Below are positions 16,932-36,673 of a stretch of 64,000 nucleotides of DNA, one piece after another; position 1 is the first letter of the stretch, and each line of letters opens with the position of its first letter. The DNA is taken from NCBI GenBank assembly GCA_000004695.1, contig CM000154.2:4032001-4096000 (forward strand), in the 5' to 3' direction. This DNA is from Dictyostelium discoideum. Its lineage: Eukaryota. The notes beneath the pieces were generated by a model. It searched no databases and had not been told where the DNA came from. It saw only the letters and a program-made list of their open reading frames with translations. Both the position numbers and the translations under genes were made by a program.

Positions 16932-17834
16932 GAATCTAATATTTTTTATTTAAAAAAAATAATATATAGGTGCACTTTCAGCATGGTTTAGATTAAAATA
17001 TCCAAATTTAGTAGTTGCAAGTGTTGCACCAAGTGGACCAGTTTTAGCACAATTAAATTATACAGGTTATTATGCACAATTTTCAAATTCAGCTCAACCA
17101 GATTGTGTAGCAGCAACTCAACAAGCAACAAATGAAATTATGCAATTAATTGCTAATGAAAGTGGTCGTAAACAATTAGAAAAAACATTTAATTCATGTC
17201 ATTCATTAGATGATCCAAGAGATCAATATTATTTCCTTTACTCAATCACTGATGCATTAGGTGGTTCTGATCAAATGAATAATCCACCAACTTGGATTTT
17301 AAATTCAACTTGTCAAATGTTATTACAAAATACTAATTATGTTAATAATTGGGCTCAAATTGTAAATGTTGGTCAAACCCAATGTAATGATTTTAGATTA
17401 AAATCATTTATTGAACAATTAAGAGACATTTCAATTAATGATAATAGTGATAATAGAATGTGGACTTATCAAACATGTGTTGAGTATGTGTGTTGTGTTG
17501 TGTTTTTCATTATTTACTTTTATTTATTCTCTTTTATTAATAAATTTAAATTTAAATTATTATTATTATTTTTCAGATTTGGTTATTTCTCAACTGCATA
17601 CCCAGGTACAAGTGTTTTCCCACCAGTTTTAAATGTTGAAGAACAAACTAAATGGTGTGAAGAAATTTATGATATTCCAGGTATGACTCCAAATATTGAT
17701 GCAACTAATAATTATTATGGTGGTCAAAATATTCAAGGTTCAAATATTATGTTTACAAATGGTTTACTTGATGTATGTATTTTTTTTTTTTTTTTTTTTT
17801 TATATCTTTATGGAAAATATTTTAATAATTTTTC

Positions 17835-17865
<31 letters not shown>

Positions 17866-18042
17866 CAGCCATGGCATTTATTAAGTGTTAATGAAGATAA
17901 TCAAGCTGGTACTGTTAAAGCAGTTACATATGAAGCTGGTCATTGTGGTAGTTTAATTGCAACAACTAATGACGATCCAATCTCTTTAACAAATGCAAGA
18001 CAAGAAGTTTTATCTTTCTTAAAATTAGTTTTATCTCAATAA
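16204..18042 (+). CDS. Peptidase S28 family serine carboxypeptidase (lysosomal Pro-X carboxypeptidase/DPP7-like) with an N-terminal signal peptide. Five exons, approximately 16204..16471, 16555..16812, 16970..17483, 17577..17772 and 17869..18042.
   Basis: The N-terminus carries a signal peptide (MKLLNICLIILIISLYNGVEA). The S28 blocks are FKQRYIVVDDYF..GPIFFYLAGEAPM, EHRYYGESYP, the catalytic Ser motif GCSYSG-ALSAWFRLKYPNLV, WTYQTCVEFGYF and TNGLLDPWH...AGHCGSL (catalytic His). All five junctions have GT donors and AG acceptors with consistent phases. Intron 2 contains a (TTA)n microsatellite. Confidence 0.85.
16844..16931. repeat. (TTA)~29 microsatellite inside intron 2 of the S28 peptidase gene.
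   Basis: A perfect TTA repeat lies between the GTAATA donor at 16813 and the ATATATAG acceptor at 16969. Confidence 0.9.
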
Positions 18043-18104
18043 ATAAAATAAAATAAAATAAAATAAAATAAAATAAAATAAAATAAAATAAAATAAAATA
18101 AAAA
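18041..18104. repeat. (AAAAT)~12 pentanucleotide repeat immediately 3' of the S28 peptidase stop codon.
   Basis: The sequence aaataaaataaaataaaat... starts directly after the TAA at 18040-18042. Confidence 0.9.
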
Positions 18105-18216
18105 AAAGGTATAATAATAATAATAATTGTATTTCTATTTTTTTTTTTTATTTTTTTTTTTTTAAAATGTGAATTTCATTGAATTTTTATTTTTTTATTT
18201 TTATTTTATTTTAAAT

Positions 18217-19059
18217 TTATTTGAATTTATTTAAAATTGATCTTGATGTTTTTGATAATTTTGAAGATTCAATTGGTGTTGCATCATCACAGATTGCTGG
18301 AAGTTGGAAATAGTCTTGTGATGGAGATGGAGCATAGTAGAAGAAATTGGTTAAGGAATTACCATCTGGTCCGAATATTAAATTACCTACACTATAAATC
18401 ATTGGTGTGCAATCACTGGTGACTAAAATAGTTTCAGAGGTATATAGTGACATTTCTGGATCATTAATTGAAATAACAGAGACTGGAGTGACACCAATTT
18501 CTGAACTACCAGCTGGTGATAAACTTGGTAATTTTGATGGAAGAGTTGCTTCTTGGTCAACAATATAACAAATTGCCTTATCTTGTGGAAGATAATATTC
18601 AGTGTTCTAAAATAAAAAAAATAAAAAAATAAAAAAAGACATAAAAATAATTATTTGATTAGAGTTTAAATTTTTTTTTTTAAATAAAAAATATATATTA
18701 ATAATAATAATTAATTAATTTACATTTTTACCGAATATCCAAGAATAACCATATGAGGTAGTATTAGTGTTGATATCATTTTCAACAAAACTATTATAGA
18801 AAAGTTGATTATGGAAATCATAAGAAACTAAACCAGTTTCATAGAAAATATGTTGCTCTGGAGCTTGACCATTATTTCCTGGTAAAAATGCATTAACACA
18901 ACTAGTGATATAACTAGTGGTAAAACCGACAAAGGATGAACCAAAACATGATTCATTTTCTGAATTGATATTAATACTTGGTGGTGAAAATGTTTTGGTT
19001 GAATATGCACCATTAAATGCAATAGTAAAAATTAAAATTAAAGAAAATAATAATTTCAT
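18217..19059 (-). CDS. Secreted cysteine-containing hypothetical protein of about 240 aa with a signal peptide. Two exons, approximately 19059..18724 and 18606..18217.
   Basis: Minus-strand ORF 18715..19059 opens with MKLLFSLILIFTIAFNGAYS, a signal peptide, and ends at a GTAAAT donor at 18723. A TTTTAG acceptor ends at 18607. The phase-0 join runs ...IFGKN/NTEYYLPQDKAICYIVDQ...MSLYTSETILVTSDCTPMIY... into ORF 18217..18453. I recognise no family. Confidence 0.55.
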
Positions 19060-19100
19060 TTTTCTAGTTTATTATTATTAATAATTTTGACTTGGATTGG

Positions 19101-19138
<38 letters not shown>

Positions 19139-20584
19139 ATTAAGAAAAAAAATTCAGAAAAACCTTTCAAAAAAATCATAAAATGGATATTTTAGATTAT
19201 TTTTTTTTTTTAGTGAAAGGATAATTCCAATAGAATCCATGGAGCATTTTATAATGTCAAATTTGAAAAAAAAAAAAAAAAAAATCATAAAATATAAAAA
19301 AATGAGTTGTTGTTTTCAAAATATGATATGGTGGGTTTGTAATGCATCAATAGGGAAAAAAAAAAAAAAAATATTTGAAAAGAAAAAAAAAATTAAAAAT
19401 GTTATTGTTAGCATTATTTGAATTTTATAAAGGCATGGTTTTCAGATAAAATTAATAATCAAATACCCCCTATGTGATTAATAACCCCAAATTGGACGTG
19501 TAAATGTTAATGATCTTGGAAAATTTTCAATCAAGTTTTTATTAATAAATTCATTTTCATTTTTAAAATTATCTTTATTAATTAAATTATTATTTGAATT
19601 TGAATTAATTTTATTTATTTTATTTATTTTTAATAATGATTCTTTATTTAATTTTAATTTTAATTTTATTTAATTTATTTTTTTACAAATAAATGATGTT
19701 AATATATAAATTAATTAAAAAAATAAATTTTATTAAATATGATTACATACTAAATAACATTTTTTTAAATATATATATATATTTTTTTTTTTAATTTGTA
19801 ATTTCTATTTTAATTGAAAAATAATATATTTATATTTAGCACGTGATCATAAATTAAAGAATATAAATATATATATATTTTTTTTGTTTTTGTTTTTAAT
19901 TAAATATTTATTTTTTTTTTATTTATTTATTTTTTAATTTTAAAATATTTTTTTTATTTATTATTTATTTTTTTATTTATTTATTTATTTATTTTAATTT
20001 TCTATTTGTACCGAGATGTGTATGAGCTAATTTTAAGAATAAATAAAAAAGTTTTTTATTATTTAAAAAAAGAAGAATTTGATTGTGATTTTATGTTTTT
20101 TTTAAAATATTGAATTCAAGGATAAATAAATCTTATAGTTGTGGTGTAAACACAAAAAAAGAATACTCCAACACATCCTCTCACACATAAAATACACACT
20201 AACGTACTTAATTTTAAAAAAAGTGTGTTTTTATTTTTTTTTTAAATTAACTATTCCCAAAAAGAAACAACATAATAATTATAATATTCGCAAAAGTTTT
20301 TTCTTTTTTTTTTTTTTTGGCTTTGGAATAAATAGTATTAAAAAAAAAAAAAATTCGATAATGATAACATCAAAATTAATATAAATTAAATAAATTATAA
20401 TATAAAAAAAAAAAAAAAAAGAAAAGATATATAAATGTGGGTTATTTATTTTTTTTTTTTTTTTTTTTTTTTTTATTATTAATATTATTTAATCAATATT
20501 AACAATGTTTTATGATTATTTCGAAATAATTGGAAATATGATGATTCGAAAACGAGAAAACGAATACATTCAAAAATATTAATA

Positions 20585-20615
<31 letters not shown>

Positions 20616-21588
20616 AACTATGAGTTATAATTTATAAAATTGTTATATATTTTTTATTTTTATTTATTAGATGATGCCATCATCATTTAATTCAAAAAAT
20701 CTATTATTTTTTACTTTTTTTCCTATTATAATAATTAAAAAAATGAAAGTATTTTTGAAATACTAATAAAAAGTATTAATCTTATAACTAGGAAAGATTT
20801 AATAAAACTACTTTCTCAATCTTGGAAATATTATTTAAAAATATTTTTTTTTTTTTTTAGAATTAAATTAAAGGTTTTAGAATAATGTACCACTTTATAA
20901 TTATTTGGATGTCTATCTTTGATAAATACTCCAACTACTCAACAAAAGTGGCATTACCAGTATTACTCTTTCGCAAATATGAAGGGAATGATTAATTGGC
21001 AACCCTAATCAAACCCAATGAGAATGCGATAAGATATGAAAATAATATTAAAAAAAATTCTCATCAATAGTGCATTTCTAATATGATAATTTTATGGGAT
21101 TTTTTTTTGATTTTCGTTATTTTTTTTTTTTTTATTTTTTTTTTTTTTTGACTTTCGTCATTTTTTTTTTCCCAATTTTCATTCCTTTTTTTTTTTTTTT
21201 TTTTCCGAAACGTTTTAATTTAATTTGGTAAATCCCTAATTAATTAAAATGTTTAAAAATTAACAATTAACAACTTAGCCATTTGTAAAAAATTTAAAAT
21301 ATTCTTAGAAATTAAATTTATAAATAGAATTTTTTTTTTTTTTTTTAATAAAGGTTTGTTTTTACTTTTTTTTAAATCAAATTTTGTTTTTTACTTTTTT
21401 TTCTATTTATTTTTTATTTTTTTTTTAATTTTTATTTTTTTGAAGTTTAATTTTTTAATTTATTTTTTATTTTTTTTTTATTTTTATTTTTTATTTGTTG
21501 GGTGTGCGAAAAAAAAAAAAATTGATTTATTATTTTTTTTTTAATAATTACTAAGCACATACAATATAGAATTTTAAAAAAAAAAAAC

Positions 21589-21729
21589 ATAATAACAATA
21601 ACAATAACAATAACAATAACAATAACAAATAACAAATAACAAATAACAAATAACAAATAACAAATAACAAATAACAAATAACAAATAACAAATAACAAAT
21701 AACAAATAACAAATAACAAATAACAATAA
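21589..21729. repeat. Compound (AACAAT)5-(AACAAAT)~14 microsatellite ending 2 nt before the ATG of the M16 peptidase gene.
   Basis: The sequence aacaataacaataacaat... switches to acaaataacaaataacaaat... and runs up to ...aacaataat-ATGACAGAA at 21731. Confidence 0.9.
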
Positions 21730-21730
21730 T

Positions 21731-25481
<3,751 letters not shown>

Positions 25482-26160
25482 ATTTTTTTTTTTAGTTTTC
25501 AAAGAAAATAAAAAAAATAAAGAATAAAATAAAAAATACTAAATAAAATAAAATTCCTTTTTAAAAAAAAAACTGAAAATAAAAAAATAAAAATAAAAAT
25601 AAAAATAAAAAAAAAAATAAAAAAAAAAAAAACACTTAAAATAATTTTCTTAATTTTTTACTCGATTTCTATTCCATCAACACTATTTTGTGTGTGAAAT
25701 CAGAGATAATTTATTTTTTTCATTTTTTTTTTTTTATTTTTTTTTTATTTTTTTTTTATTTTTTTATTTTCAGTTTTTTTTTTTTATTTTTTTTTTTTAC
25801 ATTTTATTTTTTTTATTTTTTTTATTTTTTCTATTTTTTTCTTTTCCTTTTATTGCGTCCATAAAAAAAAATAAATAATAAATATAGTAAATAAATAAAT
25901 AAAAAATAAATAAAAAAAATAAATAAAAATAAATAAATATTAAAAATAAAAATAAAAATAAAAACCTCCACCAATTGTTTTCCTCGTTCACACCTTTTTT
26001 AATTATTGTTTTTCACTTTTTTTTTTTTTTTTTTTTTAATATATTCTGTGTGTCTCTCTCTCTATTAGTTTTATTGAAACAGATATCTTCACATCATTTA
26101 AAAAATAAAAAATAATTTTAGAAAAAAAAAAAAAAGAAATAAAAATAAGGTTAAGAAGGA

Positions 26161-28793
<2,633 letters not shown>

Positions 28794-28969
28794 AATCAAA
28801 CATATATATATATTTTATAAATAATTTTTTTTTTTAAAAAGAAAAAAAAGGAAGATAAAAAAAAAAAAAAAAGATAAAAAAAAAAAAAAAGTAATAATAA
28901 AAATTGATAATATATTAACATTTTTTTAAAATATATGTTTTTTATTTTTTTTATTTTTATTATTATTTT

Positions 28970-29490
28970 TTATAATAAATCCATAAAATAATCTAAACCT
29001 TGACCAATTTCCCAAATTGAAATGGAAACTTTATATTTATTTGCTAATTGAATACGATCTTCAATAAATAATAATGATGGATATGTCATTGAAACTTGTT
29101 GATTCTTTTTATTTTTATATGTAAAAATATGTTCATGAGTATTTTGATCAAATTTTAATTTCTTTGATTTATTTTGTTTTAAAACTGAAATGAATTCTGA
29201 ACCAACTATTGCATCTGATTGGTCATTTTCACCAATTTTATATCCATAGAATGGAATACCCATGAAAATCTTTTTAGAATTTTTATTTTCTCCATTTGGT
29301 AATAAAAATTTTAAATTATCTTCAACCCAAACTTTTGGTGCATTCATACCTCCACTTGGTCCAAAATCATATGTCATTAATGAAACTCCATCAATATGAT
29401 TTGATAATAATTCAAAATCTTTTGCTCCAAATCCAGTTTCTTGTCCTTTTTGTCTGAATGGCTAATAATAATAAAATATTTATTATTAAT

Positions 29491-29532
<42 letters not shown>

Positions 29533-29671
29533 TCTACGCTTACATAAATAACTAAAATTATTTCTTTTCCAATTGAATGTAATTTTTCAGAGAGTGAAAT
29601 TAAAAATGGATCTCTTAATTGTTTATTTATATGAACTATACCTTCAATCACTAATCCATCATAATTATTTT

Positions 29672-29702
<31 letters not shown>

Positions 29703-30304
29703 TTAATAAAAAAAAAAAGAATAATAATAAAAGTGAATTAATTAATAAATATTAAATTATAAACTTACTTTACAGTTGAAACTAATGAGTCAATAAGTTT
29801 TGGATCAATATATTTTTGAAATGATTCTTTTGAACCCCATTGTTGACCTTCAAATGAAAATCTTGGAAGTATTTTTGATTTTTGATCAGAGTTTTCTTTA
29901 ACTTTTTCCATCCATTTCTTGTCAATATTATGATCACCTTCAATCATTACTTTATTATTTTCAAATTTAACTTGATGCCAAACTGGTGAAATATGTGTGA
30001 ATTTTTTAGCCCATTTAGTAGCAACATCATATCCTTTACCATTCCACGGTGTTATATAAACCAATGTATTACCTTGTTCAAAATTTTTAATATCTACATT
30101 TTTGAAATATTTATTATAATTATTTATAATTTGTTTTGCTGAAACATTCTCTCTAACTAATCCTCTTTGTTTAACATCTCTATTGGTTGTAAAATCTTCT
30201 TCTTCCTCATAAATTTCATTATCATTATCATCAGCATTTGTTACAAATGTTGATATCATTAATAATGATAATAAAAATAAACAAAGAATTAATTGTTTTT
30301 TCAT
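28970..30304 (-). CDS. Chitinase-domain-containing protein 1 (CHID1)-like secreted GH18-fold protein, probably non-catalytic. Three exons, approximately 30304..29768, 29673..29544 and 29461..28970.
   Basis: The N-terminus carries a signal peptide ([21 protein letters not shown]). Matches to the CHID1 family, in order: [33 protein letters not shown]; [42 protein letters not shown]; [22 protein letters not shown]; and C-terminal [16 protein letters not shown]. The canonical GH18 DxxDxDxE catalytic motif is absent (DGLVIEG). The minus-strand donors are GTAAGT and GTAAGC. Confidence 0.8.
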
Positions 30305-30348
30305 TGTGGTAATTGTTTTTTTGATTTTATAAAAAATAAAAATTTAAT

Positions 30349-30390
<42 letters not shown>

Positions 30391-30450
30391 ATTTTTTAAT
30401 TTTTTTAAAATTTGTTTATATTTATTTTTATTTTTTTTATTTATTGAAAG

Positions 30451-30834
30451 TAATTAAAGATTTCCTAAAAGAATTATAAAAATTATAAAAATTAGTTTTT
30501 GGTTAAAAGATTTTTTTTTTTTTTTTATATTAAAAATAGGTACCTCTTGGATCAATGAATCACAAGCATGTTCACATGATTCTAAATATTCTTTCATTTC
30601 AACAATTTTTTCATAATGTTGTGGGAATGAATTTTTGAAATCATTTTCTGCATGGTTTTGAATTAATTGAATATTTTCAGCACCAACAGCTTCTGTTAAT
30701 AAATCTTGTGCATAGTTTTCTGCATTAGCACAATAACTTTTACATTGATGTTTCAATGCTAAAATACTGAATGAACCCATAGCAGAATTAATTAAAACTG
30801 CAGCAATAAGTAATAAGCAAACTAAAAATTTCAT
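30451..30834 (-). CDS. Small secreted hypothetical protein of about 105 aa with a signal peptide. Two exons, approximately 30834..30544 and 30474..30451.
   Basis: ORF 30454..30834 (minus) opens with a signal peptide ([20 protein letters not shown]). A GTACCT donor at 30543 and a CTTTTAG acceptor ending at 30475 give a phase-0 join to EIFNYFQ* (...[18 protein letters not shown]). The donor is weak, so the short second exon is tentative. Confidence 0.4.
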
Positions 30835-31430
30835 TTTTTTTTTGTTTTTTATTTAAATTAATTTATAATGTTTATTTAAAAATAAAATAATTATTTATAG
30901 AACTTTTTTTTTTCTATTTTTTGTAAAGAATTAATTAATTTAAAAGAATAAATTAAAAACTAAAATACGTATACTTTTTGGACATTTTAAAAAAAAAGAT
31001 TAGGTATTTATCTCTTTTTTTAATTAAAATCATATCGCAATAGTATTTAAAATTACACTTAAAAATTTAAAAGGAAAATAGAAAAACAAAATAAATTAAT
31101 TAGTCTACTATTAATCAATATAAGTATATTAATTATTTAAATTAATTTGTACTTTTTCAAAAAAAAAATAAAAAAAAAAAAAAAAAAAACCCAATAATTG
31201 TCTTAATTAGTTGTGGGGTTTTGAAAAAAGAAAATAAGTGGTAGTAACAAATATTTTAATATTTTTAATTTTCTTTTTCTCCTATTGTAAATAAATTATA
31301 AAATAATCAAAATATTATTTAATTTTAAAAAATTGGGTAAATAAATAAATTTATTTTTATTTTATTTTATTTTTATTTTATTTTATTTTATTTTAGCTTA
31401 GTTTAGTTTTTTTTTTTTTTTTTTTTATTT

Positions 31431-33691
31431 TTAATCCCAAGAAAAGGCAGATTCTGGATTCTGTAATTTCTTTATATCAAAAGCTTTTGATTTTTCAGAT
31501 TTAACTTCACTGACAGTGAAATTCAAATTACTCATTAATTGTTTATTTGTTAAACCGGGTCTTACAATATAATCTGGCTTTCTTTGAACTGATTTACTAA
31601 CTTGATTATCATCATTGTCATCATTATCAAATGCGAAAATATCATCAGTTTCACTTTTTTGAACTTTTGTTTGTTGTTTTTGTGGTACAGTTGTTGTTGT
31701 TGTTGATTCTTTGGATGTTGGTGTTGATTTTTTATTTGGTGTTTTCTTTACTTCCTCTTTTGTTTGTGGTTCTTTTGATTTTGGTGTTGGTGTTTTTGAT
31801 TTTTCTTGATTTTCTTTTTTGTTGATTGATTTATTATTATTTTCATTATTATTTTTATTTTTATTGTTGTTATTATCTTTTTTATCTTTGTTATTTGTTT
31901 TCTTTTCATTATTATTATCTTTATTTTTATTTGAGTCAAGTAATTCAGATAAAGAAATTGGATTTTCACCAACAATTTTCATATCATCATCAGAGAAATC
32001 ATTTTCAGCTTCTTTTTTATAATGGTCCATAAGTGAAAAACCTTTCTTTGGTGTTTCTGCTTGTTTTGATACAGTTGAATTATTGAAAGTTGAAGTAGGT
32101 ATGATAGTAGAAGTAGTGGTGGCGGTTCTTTGTCTTTTATCGCCTCCTTTTACTTTTGAATTTTTAGTTTTAATTGAATCTCTAAAATCTTTTGGTTTTG
32201 AAGTTGATACTTCTTCTGGTCTATCTTCATTGTCAGCTTGATTTTCATTGTCTTCATCTTGATAATTTTCATATTTTCTTTTATTTGATTTATCTATAAT
32301 ATCCTGATTTCTATTTTGATTCTTTTTATCAAAAGTTTTTGGTCTTTCATTTCTTTCTGAAATTTCTTTATTAAATTGTTTTCTTTCATTTGATCTTTCT
32401 GGTCTATCTGCTCTCTCTGGTTTATCTGATCTCTCTTTTCTTTCAAATGGTTGTTTTCTCTCTATTCTTTCTATTCTATCTGTTCTCTCTGGTCTATCTG
32501 TTCTCTCTTTTCTTTCTGGTCTATCTGTTCTTTCTGGTCTATCTGGTCTATCTGTTCTTTTTTTTCTTTCTGATGATTCTAAATTATTATCAATTTTATT
32601 AAATGTTTTTCTTGGTTTATTTGGAATACCTTTTTCTTCATTTTCTTTTCTAATTAATTTTCTTTCTTTATCTTTTTCGATCATTTCTCTTTTTTCAGAG
32701 TTTTCTTTCTTTTTAGTTAATCTTTTTACAGATTTTTCTGAAAATGGTTTACCATCTAAATTATCTAAATTTGGAAACATTTCTCTAATCTTTTCTTTAT
32801 AATCCTCTAAAGCTGCTATTGGATTACCAATTAGACTTAATGTTTTCAAATTCTTTAAACTACTTAATACTTGAATATCACTATAGGTTTTTAATAAATT
32901 ATTTGATAAATCCAAAATGAATAAATTATGTAGATTTGAAAATTTTGGATCGATTGAAAATATTTTATTATGTGATAATTTAATTTCTTTTAACTAATAA
33001 TTTAATTAATATTTTAGAACTTGGTAAAAATAAAAATAAAAAATAATAAAAAATAAAATTAAATACATACTAAAACATTTTGACTAATATCAGGAATATG
33101 CTTAATATTATTATTTGTTAGTGATAGTTTTGTTAATTCTTTTAAAAATCTTAAACCTGATATATCTTCAAGTTGATTCTTTGATAAAACTAATGTATTT
33201 AAATGTGGCACATATTCCATATTTTCAATTTTTGTAATTTCATTATTATTTAAAACTAATGCTTTTAAATCCCCCAATTTCATTAAACCTTCAATTCTTT
33301 TTAATTTATTATGCGAAATATTTAAAACTAATAAAATTATTATTATAAATAAATAAATATATTAATATATTATTCCCTATTAGCATTTATAATAATTATA
33401 AATAAAATTATTTACTACTCATATTTTACCTTTTAATTTTGATAATAATTTTAAATCATTCATTCTTTCTAATTTATTACCTGATAAATTTATCCATTCT
33501 AATGATAAATTATCTTTTAAACCAACTATTGATGTTAATTCATTTTTTGAAAGATCTATCTTTTTCAAATCTATACAACTACTTAAATCCTCAATATTTT
33601 CATAACCTTTATTTGAAAGATTGAATGTGGTGGCTGTAGTGATATCACCATAAAGTTCAGCTAATATTGAGTTGTTTAATGTTGCTGTCAT
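31431..33691 (-). CDS. SDS22-type leucine-rich-repeat protein with a long charged, N-rich C-terminal region containing RTDRPE-like hexapeptide repeats. Three exons, approximately 33691..33430, 33327..33071 and 32993..31431.
   Basis: The joined product is MTATLNNSILAELYGD...LSNKGYENIEDLSSCIDLKKIDLSKNELTSIVGL...LSGNKLERMNDLKLLSKLK + VLNISHNKLKRIEGLMKLGDLKALVLNNNEITKIENMEY...LSKNQLEDISGL...LTNNNIKHIPDISQNVL + LKEIKLSHNKIFSIDPKF...LDLSNNLLKTYSDIQVLSSLKNLKTLSLIGNPIA. This gives about 9 LxxLxLxxNxIxxI repeats and an LRR-cap-like segment. Minus-strand donors are GTAAAA at 33429 and GTATGT at 33070; acceptors are TTTTAG and ATTAG. Confidence 0.75.
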
Positions 33692-35948
33692 TATTAATAG
33701 TTTCAAAAAACGAACGAAAAATAAAAAAAATAAAAAATAAAAATATAAAAAAAAATTAAAAAAAAAGTAGAAAAAAAAAAAAACGATCACTTTTTTCATT
33801 TTTTTTTTTTTATTTTTTTTTACTTTCATAAATTACTAAATTAGATTTTTGAAAAAAAAAAAATAATAAACATGTTTTATTAATTCCATTTTCAGATAAG
33901 AAAAAAAATAAAGATATAAAAATAAAAAATAAAAAAACAAAAAAAAAAATTAAACAATTCTAGGTTTCATTTTCAGATTTCTTATTTTTTATTTTATTAA
34001 ATCATTTAAAATTGTAATCTCATTCTTTTCTTTGAAACTTTTAAAAAAAAACTAAAAATAAACATTTATAAAATGTAATGGTTTCTTACAAAAAAAAAAA
34101 AAATAATTAAATAAAAAAAAAAATTGATTTCTTTGACTACATTATCAGCAACTATCAAACTTGACAAATTTGTTTTAAACCAAATAATTTGCTATTTATA
34201 AATTTGTAAAAAATTTACCACTCCATATCCCCCAAAGTAGTTTTTTTTCAAATAAACAATAACTCTTTACAAAATTATAAAATCTATGGATTTTTAAGAC
34301 AATGAAGGAAAAAAAAAAAATAATATAAACATCTTATTTTTCATCTTTATAATACTTTTTTTATTTAATTTTTTAAATTATTTTTTCCAAATTATTAAAA
34401 AAAAAAAAAACAATAATAGTAATAACAACAACAATAATATTTTTCAATTTGTTTTCTAATTAGAACTTCTTTTTTTTTATTATTTATTCTCTCTTTTGTT
34501 TTTTTTAATTATTTTTCCCTTCTAAAAAAATAAAATAAAATAATATCCTTAATTATTAACCACATACTTCCCACTACTTTAAAATGCTTTTTTTTTTAAT
34601 AATAAATTTTTGTCATTTATAAGAATTAAGATTTATCTTATAATATTACAATAATACAAATATTTTTTTCTGAAATATCTAAAAAAAACCCATATCTCAC
34701 ACCCCTACCCACACCATCTTATTTTTATAGTTGTAAAAATAACCCCATTTTAAATATTGATTTCTGGTAAATATTATTAACAAAGATTTTTAATTAAAAA
34801 AAAAAAAAAAAATATGTTTTTTTTTCACACGTGGTGGTGAAGTGGTAGTGCCGCCCATATTTATTTACCAAAAAAGGAAAAAAAACACTACAATACAAAC
34901 AAAACACCACCAATAAGATTGATATTAATAACTAAGCAAATATAATTTTATATTGTTTTTATATGTTTTTAGATAGTGTTTTAAAAATAAAATAAAATAA
35001 TAATATGCATACACAACAATACCCATTTTATTTTATTTTATTTTATTTTATTTTGTTTATTTTATATTATTTTATATTTTTATTTTATTTTATTTTCACC
35101 TTTCACGCACACGCACACACACACATATATTTTTAAAAAATAATTTTTTATGAATAAAATTCCCACCGGCTGGCTATAAATATCCATTCTAATTTTGGAA
35201 ACCAAATTAATTAAGAACTAATAGGAAGTGTTTTGGAGAACATGACAATCATTCTTTTAATAATTTTTTTTTAATTTTTGGTTTTGTTTAGCATTCTTTT
35301 TTTCTTAAGTATGGTCGTTTCAAAATACAAAAAAAAAAAAAAAAAAAAAAAATTAAAAATAAAAATATCATTTTTGATGACTTTTTCCCAGACAACATAT
35401 CCGTATTTTTTGAAAACAAAAGAAAAACAAAACTTTTTTTTTTTTTTTTTTTTTTTTAATTTGTCATACAATCATCTCCGATAAATATTCTCTATTTTAT
35501 TTATTATTATAACAAAGTAAAAATAGTCTAAAGAGATAGTAGATTTTATATTATATATAAAAAGAAAAAAAAAATTATTTTTTAAAAAAAAAAAAAAGTT
35601 TAAACAAGAAATTTGTTTAAAAAATAAAATATTTTTAACTATTTATAAAATTAATTATTTAAAATAAAAAATAAAAATAAAAATAATATTTTAATAATAA
35701 AATAATTTTTTTCTTTATTTTATTTCCCCTACTTTTTTTTTTTTTTTTATAAAATATTAATATTAAAATAAAATAAAATAAAATAAAATAAAATAAATAA
35801 TAAAAAAAAAAAAAAAAAATAAATAATAAAATAAAATAATCGGGAATAAAAAAAAAAAAAAAAAAAAAAAAATCTTAAACCAAAAAACTCAAATCTTAAA
35901 TAAAAATTCTTAAATAAAAAAAATAAAAAACAATAATAATAATAATAA

Positions 35949-36624
35949 ATGGGTGGAGAATCAATTTTAAATAGTTTTAAAAAACATACAAATATTAAAT
36001 TATTATATTTTTTCTTATTTTCATCATTATCAACATTCTATCCATTTATTACAATTTATTTAAATAGTAAAGAATTGAAACCGTCAATTATTGGTATAAT
36101 AACATGTTTACTTCCATTTCTTTCATTTTTATCGTCACCATTTTGGACAAATATATCGGATCGTTTTGGAATTCAAAAAAAGATTATAATTATTAATTCA
36201 GTATTATCAATGATTTTATTTTTATTATTGATTCCAGCTGGTAATAATATAATCGCAATATTTATTTTAATTGGATTATTTAGTTTTGTATCACCACCAA
36301 TTTGTCCAATTATCGATTCATTAGTATTGAAAGAATTGGGTGAAGATTCTAAACTCTATGGTCAACAAAGATTATTTGGTGCAGTTAGCTATGGTTTAAT
36401 TGCATTCTTTACTGGTATAATAATTAATCATTATAGTATGAATTTTTTACCAGTAATCTATGCTTTCTGGATTATAGTTTTCTTAGTTTTCTATATTTTC
36501 AATCAAACCAAATATGGTTCAAAATTAAAATTAACCAATAGTTTAAATTCATTTAAAAAATTAATAAATGAAAAAACAATTGGTAGTTCAGGTGAAATTG
36601 AAATTGATATAATTACTCCAGGTG

Positions 36625-36673
<49 letters not shown>

